Made by a program: the position numbers and the translations under genes. From positions 20,522,001-20,586,000 of the forward strand of contig JBHGNT010000004.1 in the NCBI GenBank assembly GCA_043228905.1: DNA of 64,000 nucleotides, given 5' to 3'. Below are positions 24,540 through 40,400 of the stretch, one piece after another; the stretch's first letter is position 1, and each line of letters opens with the position of its first letter. Below the pieces are notes generated by a model that did not search any database, was not told the origin of the DNA, and saw only the letters and a program-made list of their open reading frames with translations. The stretch is from Azolla caroliniana (lineage: Eukaryota > Plantae > Polypodiophyta).

Positions 24540-27500
24540 ACAATTATGTGTTCTCGAACATAATGATGGTGTACCTCTATGTGTTTTGTCGGGCATGAAA
24601 CACCGGATTTTGGGCTAGCTGAATACTGCTTTGATTGTCGCAGTAGATACATATTGGTTCATCAACCGATTCATTGAAGTCCTTTAGCAATTGCTTTAGC
24701 CAAATTGTTTCATAAGTGGGTATGGTTGGGCCCCTGTACTTGGCTTCAATGCTAGATAATGCAACTGTTGGTTGCTTCTTGCCACTCCAAAAGATTGCTC
24801 CGCTTCTGAGTGAGAAGACGAACCCAGATGTTGACCATCTATCGGATACACTACCGGTCCAATCGGCATCAGTGTATCCTTCCAGCCGAATAGTCACTCC
24901 TTTCTTGTAGAAGATTCCTTGATCCATGGTCCCACTGACATATCATAAGATGCACTTAATAGAATGCAAATGCGTGTCGTAAGGTGTTTGCATGAATTGG
25001 CTAAGGACGCCAACCGAATAGCTAAGGTCAGGGCGCGTGATAGTCAGGTATATGAGACTCTCAATGATTTGTTGATATTGGGTCAGCTCACATGGTGTGT
25101 CGGAGTCCATGTACAATTTCAAATTGTGGTCGAGGGGAGTTGAAATTGGCTTGTAGTTCGTCATGCCAAACTTGAATAGAAGGTTCAAGATGTAGTGGTG
25201 TTGGGAGAGCATGATGTCGTTACCGCTTCGGATGACCTTGATGCTCATCTCGAACTTCCTGGAGAGGAGCATCTTGACTATGTTGATGTTGGCCAGGCGT
25301 TCACAACAAATCACTAAGTCATCGACATATATGATTATGAAGATCTGACTATTGGAGTTGCTTCAGATGAACAAAGAATTGTCAACCTTGGACATCCAAA
25401 AGCCGATTCGGTGTAGACATTTCGTGATCTTGGAATGCCAAGCCTCTGGCGCTTGCTTGAGGCTGTAGAGAGGTTGATGTGATGACTTGAAACCAGGTGG
25501 TTGTACCATGTATACCTTGAAGGAACGCATTTTTCGCATCCATTTGGTGGAGCGCCACCTCTTTGTCGTCGCAAGTGCAAGTACTGTCGGGATAGTGGTC
25601 ACCTTTGCCATTGGGCAAATGTTTCTTCGTAGTCAATGCCATGGGTTTGAGCATAACCCTTAGCTACAAGCTGGGATTTGTATCAGTTGATGGAGTCATC
25701 GGCAATGTGCTTTATCTTGTATATCCATCGGCAACCGATCGCCTTCTTGTGCGGAGGAGGTGTTACAAGATCCCATGTCTTGTTGTTGACCAATGCTTGC
25801 ATTTCTTCGTCCATGGGTTCCGTCCACTAGGGGTCATGAGCTGCTTCCACAAAGCTTTCAAGCTCTTGTTTGGTCGCAACCTTCATCATGAAGGCATAGT
25901 GATGTACCATATACTCCTTATAGCCGAATTGGGTGACTTGATTCTTCTCTCTAGACGAGCGTCAGAGTTTTTCGTTTGTCGATGCCAACGCCTTCTTTAC
26001 GTCGGGTGTGTGCATGATGGGCACTCCGAACTCACTGTCTAGCGAGTGAGTTGACACGTCCGAATCGCTTTCGTTAGCGGGGGTGGTCGACTTCATATTC
26101 AGGCATCTTACCTTTACCTTTGTCCGATTTGGCCAATGGTTGAGTTGTGCTTTAGTTTCTTGGAGGCTTTGATTGTCCGCTTATCATTGTTGAGCTTGGA
26201 CTTTCACTAGGTATAGGCCTTGGTAGAATGTCGTCATTCGAGATGATGTCCGACTCTTCCTGAGTCAAGCCGAATGGAGCTGAATCGGGTTCATACCAGG
26301 ATGCTAATTCGTCAAACACAATATTCAACTTACCCGAACCATTTGGGTAGAGGGGTTGAAGCACTTATATCCCTTTTTCTTTAACGAGTATCCGACAAGG
26401 ATGCATTTCTCCAACTTCGGGTCGAGCTTTTGTCGTTTTTTGTTCGGGATGTGTAGAGTTGGCTTCTTTCCTACATACATTTCGTATGGAGTTAGTTCAT
26501 GTGTTCCATTAATGGTGCACCAATTCATAAGGTAGATGGTTGTGGAAGCCGCTTTGGTCCAATAGAATTTTGGCATGTGCTTCTCATTCATCATGATGCG
26601 TGCTACCTCATGTATATGTTGATTTTTCAAAATCTCTTCTTATTTCCTCATTTTGGAGATATGAGATAAATTCTTCGAAGAAGTACTCCTTTCCTCCGTC
26701 CGACTGTAGACATCAAATATGCCGGCCCGTTTCTTTCTCCACTTGACTCTTGAGATTTTGGAAGTGGGAGAGTACTTCACTCTTCTTCTTCATTGGGAAG
26801 ATCCATGAGTAGCAAGAATAGTCATCGATGAAGGTGATGTAATACCGGCATCCTCCGATAATTGATGTTTGAGCCGCCCCCCATACATTTGAGTGGACTA
26901 CATCAAGGAAGCCTCTACTTACATTTCTCTCCTTGGGAAACGGGTGTTGGTGTTGGTTACCCAGTTGACACGCTTCACATACTTTGTGGATCTTCTTTGA
27001 CTCAAAAGTTGGTAGTCCGATAACGACTCCCTTTGATTGCATGGCTCGAAGCAGTTGAAGGTTAATTGTGGTCGATGCTCTTATGTCACAATTGTATGTC
27101 TGTCTCGATCTTGAGTCCTTTGGCATACATGGATGACTTAACTTTGTCTAAATCAAGAATAAACATTCGGCCTTCTCTTCGTTCTCTAGCGATGAGTCGA
27201 CCCTTCTTTTCTATGAAGCAACCTCTGTTGTTGAATCGGACTTGCATGCCTTGCTCCATGATTTGGTCGACTGAGACCAAATTCTTCATTATGGTAGGAA
27301 AGTGTAAGACATTCTTAATGCAAGTGTTGTTTCCATCCTTGTTGAAAGGAACATTGATGATGTGTCAAATTGGATGTGTTGTTGTCTCCCATCTCTACGT
27401 TGCCGGGTCAATCTAGAATTCCTAAATCATTAAACCATTCTAGGTGTGACGTCATATGATTTGAGGCGCCGGAGTCAACGAACCACATGTCTTCCGAATT

Positions 27501-28722
27501 GGAGGTGTTGGTGGATTCGGATCCCGGCATGCACTTGGCCTCGTGTGGCATGACAAACATTCCACCATAGTCTTCAAAGTCAGAGTTGGTAGCGTAGTTG
27601 GTGAGTTGCCAACTTGTGGAAGCCGACTCGCTTCCCTTCCTTCGGCACTCCTCTTTGCAGTGCCCAGTCTTCTTGGCACAATAATTGCAAGTAACAGGCA
27701 TGTTATGCTGATCTCGTTCGGCATGGAAGCTCCCCTTCTTCTGAATGTTTCTCGAATGCTTCCATCTTCTTGCCGAAGGTTTGAGGTACCCTTATGGGAT
27801 GGGCCAAATAGACCTCCTCTGCCTTGATCGAATCAACCTCTTCTATCACCACAACTCGTCCTCGGCCACCATTCGAATTTGAGATGAACGTATGTCCTTC
27901 CGATGTCTTGCTCTTAGCTCAGACATGGTTCTCTTCAACCAATAACATTGATTGAAGGTTGAAGAAAGAAGGAGGGTTTTGTGTCGCCAAAATTGTCGTC
28001 CTTATTGGGTGGAACCGTTGTGCGAGGTTGCCCAAGCACACTTGCACCATCTCGTCCTCTTCAATTTTTATATTGATGGAGCTAAGTGAGTCGCAAATAC
28101 TCTTGATTTTCCATGTTTAGTCCGACACAGACATGTCCTTTTGCCGAATGTTGTTAAACTCTTGACGGAGTTGAAGCTTGCGGGCAATCGTGTTGGCGGC
28201 GAAGATTTTTCTCAAGTTCTCCCAAACTTATTTAGGCATCTTGGCATCTCGAATGTGGCTAAGCATGTGATCATGGACACATGTTGCCAAATAATACATT
28301 ACTTGACTTGCTCCTTGCTCCCACATTGGGTAGGTCCAATACCCTTGGCCGACTAGGTATTGGTTCATCTTATAGTCCCAAGATGAAAAATTGCTCCAAT
28401 CTAGCTTTTCACTAGGGAACAAACTACCCATTTGTGTGTTCATGTTGAAGTAATGTCTTCTTTTTCGGCGTTTCTTCCTTTGATCACGTACATGGGCTAC
28501 GTAGTGGCATTACAATAGTAGATAGTCGGGTTTTTCATCGGCGTCTCGAACACGCAATCACTATGAGTCGGATGGGATTAGTGGATATACTAAATAAACC
28601 ACATGCTTTGATACCATGTTAATAATTAGGCAATTAACTAAGGGTTAATTAATATCTAATTATATGAGTAGTTAATCATGTATGTGATTAAGCAACGGAA
28701 GACTATGTGATATGTGAGTGCA

Positions 28723-28769
<47 letters not shown>

Positions 28770-29691
28770 TAGATAGATAGATAGATTATATTATCGTCTT
28801 TGAAGATCAAATATGACCTATGAGACCAAAAATATTACACTTCACGTGATACGTGTGAAAGTGAGTACTGCTCTCAATGTTCAAGAACTTTACCAATGAA
28901 TGTTGCAATCGAGAGTGCACATTGTGGTTGTGAGAGGAATTCATGCAAGGATTGGGCTCGGTCAAAGAGATGTGGAAAACATGGTTGAATATGATCAAAG
29001 GCAGAGCATTGTATCAAAGTGTGATACTCAGACTCGCAAACTTGTTTAGGGCAAAGTGTGCATAGCCGACCACTCTCATCACTTGTGCCCCAACGCCCTG
29101 TCTCACATCGCAATGCATGTGAGCTATGTCACATGGAAGCAATGGTTCTAATGGAAGATAACGGTATGGGCTCTAACATGTATCGATGTAATGGCAGAAT
29201 TTGGCTTTGTAGTTAGGTGCAACATGTGTAGTATAATGTGTGAAGCGTGAGCCTCCACATTTGTCCCATGTCATGATAACTTGGCGTTGCAAAAAGGCCT
29301 CATTTACACACACACACAAAGGAAGTTGCAGTTATGAACAAACACAATGGGGGATGATTAACATGAGTATAGTTTAAAGACCTTTCTCTAATATATTAAT
29401 AACAATCAGAAAACAAAAATACCCACAATGAGGTATATATACATCTCATGTCCAAAGGTGCTTGAGGAGAATATAAGTACAAGGGTGTAAGTCCTATATT
29501 AAATGAACTTGGTAGTGGGGGATCTGGAATGTATCCCCACTTAAGTACAAATCTAGATTCCCCACTAAGTACAAGAATAAAATCCTATTTAAGACTTTAT
29601 AGTCAACATACTAACTAGATTCTATTGATGTAACTACTAAGTTACATGGTTAACAAAACGACTAAACCTAATTGAGCTTGATATCTCAACA
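24540..29691 (-). mobile_element. Decayed Ty1/copia related to 5122-10389, 3'-truncated, with its 5' LTR interrupted by a LINE fragment
   Basis: gag MNTQMGSLFPSEKLD (28443), PR VDSGAS, INT, RT and RH fragments. PBS at 28605-28616. LTR 28617-29691 starts TGTTGAGATATCAAGCTCAA on the minus strand, like the first copia LTR. Confidence 0.88.
28790..29350 (-). mobile_element. LINE 3' fragment (ORF2 C-terminal CCHC zinc finger)
   Basis: SSHALRCETGRW...RLCTLC...ESEYHTLIQC motif; abuts a (GT)n(GA)n(GATA)n tract at 28725-28785. Confidence 0.7.
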
Positions 29692-30099
29692 CTACCAAAT
29701 AAGAAACGAAAATGGGGGAGGGTTGGAGCTTCAGGTGTTGGTGAGTTGAGTGGGCCGTTGAGATCGCAACTACCTGTGATGGTGACAATGTTTTGAATCG
29801 TAGTAGAGTTCTTGGGCTACTTCAGCCACCTTTTGAAGGACCGATGTGCGAGCTTGCTGAACCTCTCCTTTATGCCTCCACAAAGAATATGAGCTTGGCG
29901 ACGTCGAAGACCATGACAACCACCTAATAAGAAGAAGAAGCGAAGGAACGATATACCTTCATCCTCATTTGAAGTCAAGCCTCCAATGCTGAAAGAAGAG
30001 TGCCAAAAATGAAGAGCTCCTTCTCCGAAATGTCAAAAACCCTAAAACAAAAAAGAGTTAGGGAAGAAAAGATGTAGATTTAATTGAAGAAGATCACCA

Positions 30100-33000
30100 G
30101 CAAAAGCAAAACTCGTTGTGCTTCCTCCTTTGTCCACGAAGTGTCCGTCGTCATTGAACTCAAGAACCTGCCTATGTGTAGCTACTCCCCTTCATACTCA
30201 CTCTCGTTGAAGGCGTTGAGCACTTGCACTCCTCGTTCTTCTATAGATGCTTGAACCGTCTTAAAGAATTCAAGAGCAACATCTTCGTCTTCTGACACCA
30301 TGTCGCATTCATCTTCATACTTTGCCCTCGATAACATGTCCGCCATGACGTTGTTCTTTCTCCATATGTGGCAGAATTTAGGGTTCATGTATTTGATGTA
30401 GGCAATCCATCTTAGCATGGCTAAGTCCGATGTTGGACACCCAGATATCATCCCTAGGATTGGAAGGCAATTTGTCACTATCATGACCTCTTTTCTGATT
30501 AGGTAGTCTTTATCTACCTTCATTGTTAAAACTATGCCCCAAAGCTCTCTCTTGCCTTCGGCATATCCTCATTGTCATTGACTAGGCATATTTGCTCTGA
30601 ATCTGATGGCGTGAAGACTACCATCCTCCCCTTCTTGGTCGATGATTCATCCAATCCCAGTTGGTCTTGTATCTACCATTACGTAGATTGGCATCCCTTC
30701 CTTGTACATGACTTTTCTTAAAGCTGGTATCGCCACCAACATACCATTCAAACTCTTCATTGCCTCTATGTGCTTTTTTTCCCATTTGAATTTCTGTCCT
30801 TTCTTTGTGTAGCCCGTACAAGATCTCGACTGTGTGAACATAGTGGGGAATCTCAATATGGTGGTTCTAATGCACAGATACGAAGAAATCACCTCACCTC
30901 CATTTGAGATTTGCATTCTTCTTTCATTTCCGTGATGGCATCCACTTTTCCCGAGGATGGCTTCTGTCTGTATGTTCTGCACAAGTGTCCCACCATGAGA
31001 ATCTCTGATTGACTGAATGTCAACTTTCAACTCTAGTCTTTGAAGAACCTTCTCACAATCAACAATATGATCTACCATGAAGAGCTTACACCCATCCTCA
31101 TCCACAGTCTCTTCTTTATCTGCTTCAAAGCACCCTTTTATTAGGATGTTGTCGAGGAATGGTGTGGTGATGTTTTAGATGCAATCGTTTAATACCTTGT
31201 TCATTGCATTCATCATGTGGGCAAGGTACACATCCGCACTAGGCCGATAAGGGTTCGCACCGTCATGATATCCCTACTTTCCATGACTAGTTGGAATTGA
31301 TTGTACAAATCCCCAATTGAGTAGATACACCTTCCTGCAAATACTTCATCAAATACCTCAACATTGTGGTCCAACTCTTGCCGTACAAATTGTCACCTCG
31401 TTGACGATTGTAAGTCCTAAATAAAGCGCAAACTTTTGTTCTTCTTCGGCACAATGAACCATTGGTTCGAGTATGGCGCAATAGAAGGCTCGATGATCCC
31501 AAGTCGATTTTCTCCTTAAGTAGCTCAGTTAGCTTCGGGATGTGAGCTCTAGGCACCAGGATTGGCTTAATATTCCAAGGTACTTGTGGTACTGTGAATA
31601 TCATCATGGGTTCCATACATCATATCTCATTTGGAACTAGAGGGTGAAAGCTCTTCTATGGATTTTGAGCATTCTTCTGAATTTTGGAATTTTGATTCAT
31701 CTTTGGGAAATAGGAAACCACCCCCACTTGTCTGGGGATACCATTGTGTCTTGTCGGTGAACAAGTGTCCTATGACTCGTAGGTCCCGCAAGTAAGGATT
31801 GACTGCTACTCCCTGTATCATTTGCCAATTGTCATCTTTGGCAATGGAGCATGCACTGGCTTCACCTTCTTGTCCACTGTTTTGTACTTCTTGCGTACTT
31901 TGTCAATCCTTTCTTCTTCAATCAACTACCCAAACTCCTCAATGGTAGGGTACATGTGAACTAAGTTAACTAGAATGACCTTGTTTTCATTAAGGCCCGA
32001 AATTATCACACTCTCCATCTCTCTAAGGGTGTCATCCAACGAGACCGCCTCCATGGTGTTGCTTATGGTATCTTCCTCATCTATTATATTACATTGTTTG
32101 AGATACCTTTCCACTTCTTCACCTAAGACTATCTCCACTACCTAGCCTAGTAATTTTACAAGCTCCATTTTCGGAGAACCAAATTGCTTCCTACTATTTT
32201 TGCGAATATTACAAGGGTTTGGGAACTTAGATTGCCTTGGGCTATTTAGTTATTTCCCTACGTAGGAAAGTTCCAATGCAGGGTCTGGATCCAATCGAGA
32301 CGCTAAGAGCCACAAGCGTACCGCGTATTCTATTTACCAGTTTCTCCGGAAGGTCATGTCTGGGAACTTTGACTTGATAGTGTAGTATGACTAGGCAAGA
32401 ATTCTCGCTTTGTGGGCTATTGTGGCCCACATCAAAACTCCTCCCAGCTTTCCCTTTTTGAGGTAGTCCCAATTACGCTCGTGGTTTGGACTTATGGTAA
32501 GGAATTGGATTAAATTTCTCCAATCTTGGTTCTTGACCCTTGCATAGGCTAACCTATTCTCGAGCACCTTTGTCTCTATGTGAGCCACCGTAATGTAGGG
32601 TTCACCCAAGATGATTGGGTGAGAGGGTGAAGCTCGAACGAAGTGTTGGTTGATTTCCACGTCCCTTACCTTCACTGGTACATTTGGGCAAGCCCCATGT
32701 AGCTCCTCGATTATTTGGGTTGCGGTCTAATCTTTCACTCGTGATTGATGTTGATTGGTCATTTCCCCTTCTTGTAGAAGTCCAAGGAAATTAGATTCAG
32801 CTCAGATCCATGGTCGATCAACATTACCACCGAGTCTTTAACATCACCAATCCTTATTGTGCATGTCTTCATTGCCCTTCTCTTTCCCCCTTTCATTGTG
32901 TCCTAGGGTTATATTTGGCTCCTCCCTTCTTCGTACACCTCGACTGTCGTATCTCCTCGACAGTCCAGCTCCCTCATCATTCCTTACTCTCTTTTCATCG

Positions 33001-33220
33001 ACTAGACCTTCTTAGTCTTGGCAACGGTGTCTACTAAGCCCATCTTCTCTTCTATGGGATCTTTCCATCCAATCACCTCTTGAACCCTTTTCTTTGCTTG
33101 GTTTGCTTCTTCCTTCCGAAGCTGCCCCTTTGAGAGGCTCCAAAAGGAAGAATGTAAACTTTCATATATTATAACTCCAATTAGGTTGGGGATCCACAGG
33201 ACCAAAGGTAAACTTTTGTA
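30100..33220 (-). mobile_element. Ty3/gypsy internal remnant (gag, PR, RT, RNase H)
   Basis: Protease IDHGSELNLIS (~32800), RT fragments (VPQVPWNIKPI), RH YVMVDTRPTGIG and HIWRKNNVMADMLSR; many frameshifts. Confidence 0.8.
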
Positions 33221-34435
33221 TTTTGTTCACCCTTGGGTTTATTTGTCATCACATAGGTTTGTCGCTAGAATGAGACTTTGTGTTCAATTGTGTTGAGAAC
33301 TTCCTCTAAGAAATTTATTTGTTGCACATGTTGTCAACATTTGACAAGCATCATTATTAGTATTTAGTACAACTGAGCGCAAGATGGAATTCCACCAATG
33401 GCAAAATTTGTCTCTCAATCACTATATGTTTGCACAAGCTTCAAAAACTCATAACTTGTTATCAAATGGACACAATAATAAATACCAATGACATCTCATA
33501 TGAACGCATATTCTAGTTTAAAAGGCATTAAACGACATAATTGAGATTTCTCTCATGAATGCAGCAACATATAGAAGTGATGCCAAATAGCATTGTCAAT
33601 GTGAGCTAAGCCTCTTCCTTTTTATCTTTTACATAATGACACTAGTAAAATCTACAATGTATGACCTAATATACTAGTTTATTAGCAAAGCAAATATTAT
33701 ATTACAGAATGGAAAAAGAAAATACAATATTGTGAAATGGAAACTCATACAAAATTACATCTCCAATCAAGAGCAATACATTTCCTAAATGTAACACATT
33801 TCAGGTTTCTCCCAATTTATAGCTACATCATTCAATGGGCAATAAAGACACTGCAGCTATTTAGTTTTTCCTCAAGCCAATACGTCCTAAGAAATGGAAT
33901 AATTTCATATTCTTTAGCACATACAGGTATATACCAGAGTCGGCTTGATATATTTACTGGAATAACTAAGACCTTTCCTGTGCAAACCTGCATAAATATA
34001 CGCTAAATGTGATATCGTTCATAGGTGCAGCCAGTTCCCCAAGGCATAGTTGGATTATTCGCCAAGGAAAGATTACCTGACCGATTTGGAGACTTTGTTC
34101 ACGGCAACATCAAATATCCTCATTTTCAAAAGGATTCTTTAGAATCCATTCTAGGTAATACAATAGTGAACGTGAGATTTCTTTTTCACTCTATTCAAGG
34201 TATAATAAAGTAAAAGTTACAGAATAGTCTCTCTTTACAAAAACCATAAATAATTCTTGAAAGGATCTAAGAAAAAAGAAATTTCAGAATCTATGAAGTA
34301 AAACTCTCATCGCAAAATTTCTCATCACATAAAAAAAAGAAAAATTTTAAATGCTGTTATTTAACATTATCAATCAATTTTAACTATGGTGCAATGTAGC
34401 AATGAGTAACGATATGCGAGAGTCGGAAGGTTTCT

Positions 34436-37400
34436 TTAAGGAGAGCATAGATTCCTGAGATCCTCATTTTTGGCAAACCAATCTGGAACTATCCGGGCGG
34501 CATGAGGATAAAGATCCTTGTAAGAGTTTCTTATTGTTCCTTCTGCTACCCCCGTAACGCGAGAAATATCTATCACAACAATACTTCTGGTCAAATTTTC
34601 AATACTGAAGAGAGTGTATTTATTAGAAAGTTATACAAGAAATGTTTACATGTACAAAAGACAGTATTCTTGTCAAAATTTCAGTACTAAAAAGAGGCCA
34701 TTTACTAGGAAGTAATTTTTTAATATTTATCTACAAAGGATAATTCTTATCAATACAAAAAAGAGTTTTAAGACTACATTTACTACAAAGTAACACAAGA
34801 CATACCTATACAAATGACAATATTCTTGCTCAAAACTAATAAGAAAGTAACACAAGGAATATTGATATAAAGGGTGATCCTACTCAACACTAAAAGGTCT
34901 CCAAAGCTGATATTATTTAAGAGGGCCTTTTCCTAGAAAGCCAGAACATTCTTTTTTGGCTTTACCTTTCAGTGGTTTTTTGTCATCTGACAACTGTGAT
35001 ATCATATATATTGCAGCCGCAGCAATTGAAATTGGACTCCTCCTGTCAAACAACAAAAAATAAATAAAGAATAACTTTTAATTCCACATCAACAGAAGCT
35101 TCCTTCACTTGTTTCACAAAATGAGGAACACCTAACTCTACCTAAAATCACTTTAATTTTTCCAGAAGACTATCCTTTGAGTCAATCATAAATGTAAGCA
35201 TTACTCGCGAAAACAATGTTCTTCAACAGTTTTCGTTCAGAACAGAAATAGAGAGAAATAAATTTTAATAAACAATAGAAATCATTACATCATACAGATC
35301 ATTACACATGCAAATAGGAGTAAAAGGAAAAATCAAATTTCCAGTTTATTGGTAATGCTACTGCCCTTGATGATTGATGTTTAATCTCCTAAATTACTTA
35401 CAGAGCTGTATACAGACGGTCTATATCATCCATCTCTCTCAGAACATAAACAAAATGGAGTACATACATATACAATGCGTGTATCAACAGAGCACAATAC
35501 TTTCATTCAATTGAGATGTTAATATTGAAAACATGAATGCCTACCTAACGTCCAACTCCTCTGACTTCTTAACTGCTTCAGTTGCAGCTTTCACCGACTG
35601 GTGACTCATACCGAGATGGGAGCAAAATCTCCTCTGCAAACAGACAAGTTAAACATCGAATGATGATAAGAAATACCTCTCTATATTTTTTGAGCCAAAA
35701 AAAAAGGAAGGAACGCAAATATTGACCAAGAAATCTCCAGCATGGATTGTTCCCATTTCCATGGACTTCCCCATTTCTTCTTCCAACTGTTTGACGATAA
35801 ATTCCTTCGCACGACCAATTTCCTTTTTAGAAGCACCATTGGCCACAGAGCATATTTCTGTCATTTCAAATCTACATTAGAATTTAGTATTTTAATTGAA
35901 ACAAGAAAAAACTGGAAGGCATGGGCTGAAGAAAAAAGTTAAACCTTTGACAGTCCTAGGCTTATCCTCCTGGCGGCAGGCAATATACAGACAAGCAGCT
36001 AACATTGCATCTTGATTTCTCCCTCTGTTGGATTTAAGGTCCTCCACTTTCTTGTATATTTCATTTGCCCTATCCTATATATGCCAATGGGGGTAAACCA
36101 ATCACAAGTAATTTTGGCATATAATGATTCCTGTCTAACCTATTCAAACAGATGTGACAATGAGCATAAGATCTCCATCAAGAACTGTGATTTATGGTTG
36201 GAAAAGAATCATGAGTAAATTTGTCATAAAACGATTACAATAGTGATTCAAGGCCAGGAGATTTGTTGATTACTATAATGCTTGTGATAATCGATAATAG
36301 AATGTCCAATAATCACCTTGATGGTTGAAACAAGACCTAACCTGCATATCAAACAGAAGACACGTGTAAATGATTCCATGAACTAACAAAATCCCCGAAC
36401 CAAATACAACATAACCCAGACGATGCAAGAATGTTATAAACTGTCAAAGCAAAATGCATGTTGCTATGAAGTAGAAGTTGAAAATAGTTTTTATGGTACA
36501 CCAACTAAGCCAGTAGTGGTTCCCCGTTTGTCCTGGAAATTAAAGGTTATTTTCTCTAAAATAACCATATTTAGGAAGTTTGCACCAGTGGGAATATGAT
36601 GGACAATTTCTTTGTCCTAGGAGAGAATTCTCCTACCTTGGGGATGTACATGTTCCCATCAACATACTAGGGGGATTAAAGATTATTTATCTTTTACGTG
36701 CTAATCTCAATTATTCTCTAACTTACTAGTTATTATCCATGATCAAAGCTTAATGAGCCTGCAGCTCATAACATCTCGCAGATTAGTAGGTGAACATTTT
36801 GTATATGCATGAAATGCCTTTACCCCAATTCATGTCCACATCTTTAATAGAGCTACGGGGTATCCTTAGGGGTTGGATAGAGCACACCATTGTCTGCTCT
36901 TTAAGGTTAGGGATCACATGAAACATAACAACTATGTGAAAATCATGATTGGCCATTAACTTAATGATGGTGCCTCAGTTGTGTCAATAAGCACAGAATA
37001 GAACTAAAGTTATAATAAAAGCTCAAAAGAAGCTAAAGCGTTCTTATGAGATCCACAAATGTTCCAATTATGATATCATACATTATCATTTAAGAAAAAA
37101 GTATTTTCATTTTTCAACGACAAAGTTGGCAGGGTAATGGTTCAGATGGGTATGGCCTATGTGCACAACAAAAATTACTACTGCCCAAACTGTTGTACCC
37201 TTTCAAATGTTGTGATTGAGACCATACTTGCATAGCTCTTGATTGATTTGGAGTATTAGAAACAGAGAAAAATGCCTACAATTGACACTTATGTCATCAA
37301 ATCAGTTAGCAAAACAAGGAGGCGATGGGCATCCCCTTGAATGCTCAAATACCTGAATGGTTTCAATCACATGGCATGAGTATACTCTATAGATGTACTA

Positions 37401-40400
37401 ACCACATGCTGAGTCCAAATTGACATCCTCAAATTAGACATGGACAGAACATGAATCAGCCCCAAGGTCCACTTGCAAAGAAGTTGATTCATAATCAATC
37501 CCTATTTTAAATTTCATCTGACTTCTTCACATTAATTAGATACTGAGACATGCCAATTCTCACAACTTTGGAGGATGGTACCTACAAGTTGTGCCATCAT
37601 GGGGTGGATTCAGAGGAACTTCATCTGATGTTTACACTGAAATAAAGAGAGGATATCATTGTCACTTCACAAAAGGAATTACACCACTCTCCAATGTAAT
37701 GGAATACAAATAACAATTATGCGTGGGACTGACTGTCTTTTATGGAGATCAAAAGAAATAAAGAGAAATTGCTGAAACACGTTACAGCCACAAATCTTAG
37801 CCTTCTACCAAATTATCCCATTTCGACACATATCCACTAATACATCAATAAACATCAGGTGGCAACAGCTAGGCATTCAAAAGGGTGACTATAGATCGAG
37901 CACTAGCAATTTGTTACACATGAAGATCATATCCACTAGAACCACGATCTTGCAATCCATACCATCAATAAATGACAGTGAATAATATTCTTCGACAACT
38001 AATGTAAATATCAGCATTTTGATCATTGTTGTCGATGTGTTCATGCAGACGAAACCACATGGGGACCTAGAACATATGCGCTATACTATAAGTTAAATGA
38101 TAGAGGAACCAAGAGAATGAACAAATATAGATATAAACTGAGAAACTGAAATGCATCATCATTAATAAATAAAGGATGTGTACAAAATCAGGCTATGGAA
38201 GGTGATTTTCTAGGAAAGAGAATGCAAAATTTCCATTTACATTTCTTAGATTAACTTCACCACCAAATGATCTCCTAGTAGTTATTGTATGGCTTTCTTA
38301 GAAGTTGGCTCATACAAGAAAGCAGAAGAAAATTGCAAATTTTGAAAACACGTCAGTAAACATACCCTCACGGTTGCAAACTGATTAAAATCAGCCAGTA
38401 TACTATATTAGATCTTCTTTTTCCTTTCCTTATCATAGTTCCTTGGCTCAATCCTAATATTCCAAAAGACCTACTAGGAATATCTGCACTATATCTACTT
38501 TCATTTCTCATCATAATATCAACAGCGGCAGAATTAAGCAAAGATAGCTTAAAAGAGTGAGAGAGAAATGCACAAAATACTCAATACTATTTCAGAGCTG
38601 TTCCTTAAAAGGCTGCAATTCATGACCAGAAGTGAGGACTCAAAACTAACTCTTCTGCTCATAGGAAGATTCGGTGATGAATGGATTGAGGCATATCCAT
38701 TTTACAAAAGGGATACTGAGTAGGAAAACAAGACATGGGGAAAGCAAATTTCTGTACCAATGCATTTATCTGATCAATATCGTCCTCACAGACCAAAGAC
38801 CACTTGGAACGCACCCATGAAGCGGTCCTTAACTCACTTTTGATACAACATTGTGGTTCTTTACTAGATTCATCATGTATTTCTCTTTGATACATCATGT
38901 ATGGGAAGTGTTCAAGAGAGCTTTGGTATCTGCCAAACCTTGAGATTAGATTTAGAGGTTGATCAAGGGTTTTACATTTTTTCGACCACTGTGTTTTAGG
39001 TAGGTTTGCACTGGCAACAGATCCTTTGTCTTCCCACAAGTGACAACCAATTTTCTGATGAATTAACACATCTTTTTATATGATTATCACGTGTGATTGA
39101 ATAAACTTTCATGGGCAATATTACCTGTGGTATTTTTACATTGGTCAATGTCAATACTTGTACAAATAGTACAAAAATGGAAGATTATGGAGTTTTTTGA
39201 TGTTTGGAACCCTTTATAGTGTCTCTTTTAATTGTCCCAAACTTCATTTTGACAAGTTTTCCAAAATTCAATAATATGACCATACGAGGTTGGAGTAAAT
39301 GTTCTTGCATTATTAGTAGCTAGCTTTTAGTAGAGTGTTCTATAGATAATAGAGAGAAGTCTAATAGAGGCAAAAAATGTACAAATTTGTATGCTTCTCT
39401 TATAAAAGAACACGTGTGTATGCTTACCACCATTCAAATACAGTTGCTTAACTATTATTACACAAGGAGGGATTCACAATATCTGCACACACATGCTTCC
39501 TCATCAATAAACATGCATTACCTAGAGAGGAAGGTGTAGAATATCAAATCGATTCACAAGACTGGGTGATATGCTATGCCCCTTCCCCACTATAGACATG
39601 CAAGGGTGTAGAATATCAAATTGAAGAACACAAGCTGGGGCAACCAAATGAGAGAGAGAGAGAGAGTGATCAAAAAAGAAGAAAATATGAAAGCAAATTA
39701 AAGAAGAAGAGGAGCATGCTAATTACAAGAAAGAGAGAAAGGAGTAGGAAATATATTTTAAGGTTCCTAGGATACCACAATGGGCTACAAAAAACAACAA
39801 AAAAAAGTAAAAACATGTTAGTAAAAATGACCAAAAAAATGAGTGAAACAAAGAAAGAAAGAAAGATATATTAATGTCTTTTAAGAGGCCAAAATGGCAA
39901 ATAAGACCAAACAAGAGAGTACATCTTAAGTGTTGTCTTGTCTTTGAAAGCAACAAATCAAAATAAAATAAATATTACTCAGTAAATATAAAAGTAAATA
40001 AGATAAAAAGAGACAAGGGAATCTGGTTTTTTGGCACATGTGAGATTCACAAGCTAAATATTATAACTTTTGTCTTTGAAAGATCTCTAGCATAGGTTGA
40101 TCCAGAATGGAGAGGTCTCCGTAGCGAGGGAAGCACCTGCAATGGCAGGAGATAGTGGCCTTTATCTGTCGATGACAAGGGTGCTGAGGTCATGGTCCAT
40201 GGGATTGGAGCATACATGCACGCCAAATTGCTATTGCCTGATCTATTGTAACCCCTTTGTTATGTCCTGGTCAGGAGCCCATTTGTGTATCCCTTGATTG
40301 ACTTGTAGCATTAGTGGGAGTGATGGGGCTAAAGAGAGAGATGATGATGATGATATATTCACGACTATAGGGAACCAAAATCATTATAATGTGATCTTCC

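Noticed and set aside
38659-39069. 136-aa ORF inside TFIIB intron 1
   Set aside because: No recognisable motif, and it is not needed for the complete TFIIB frame.
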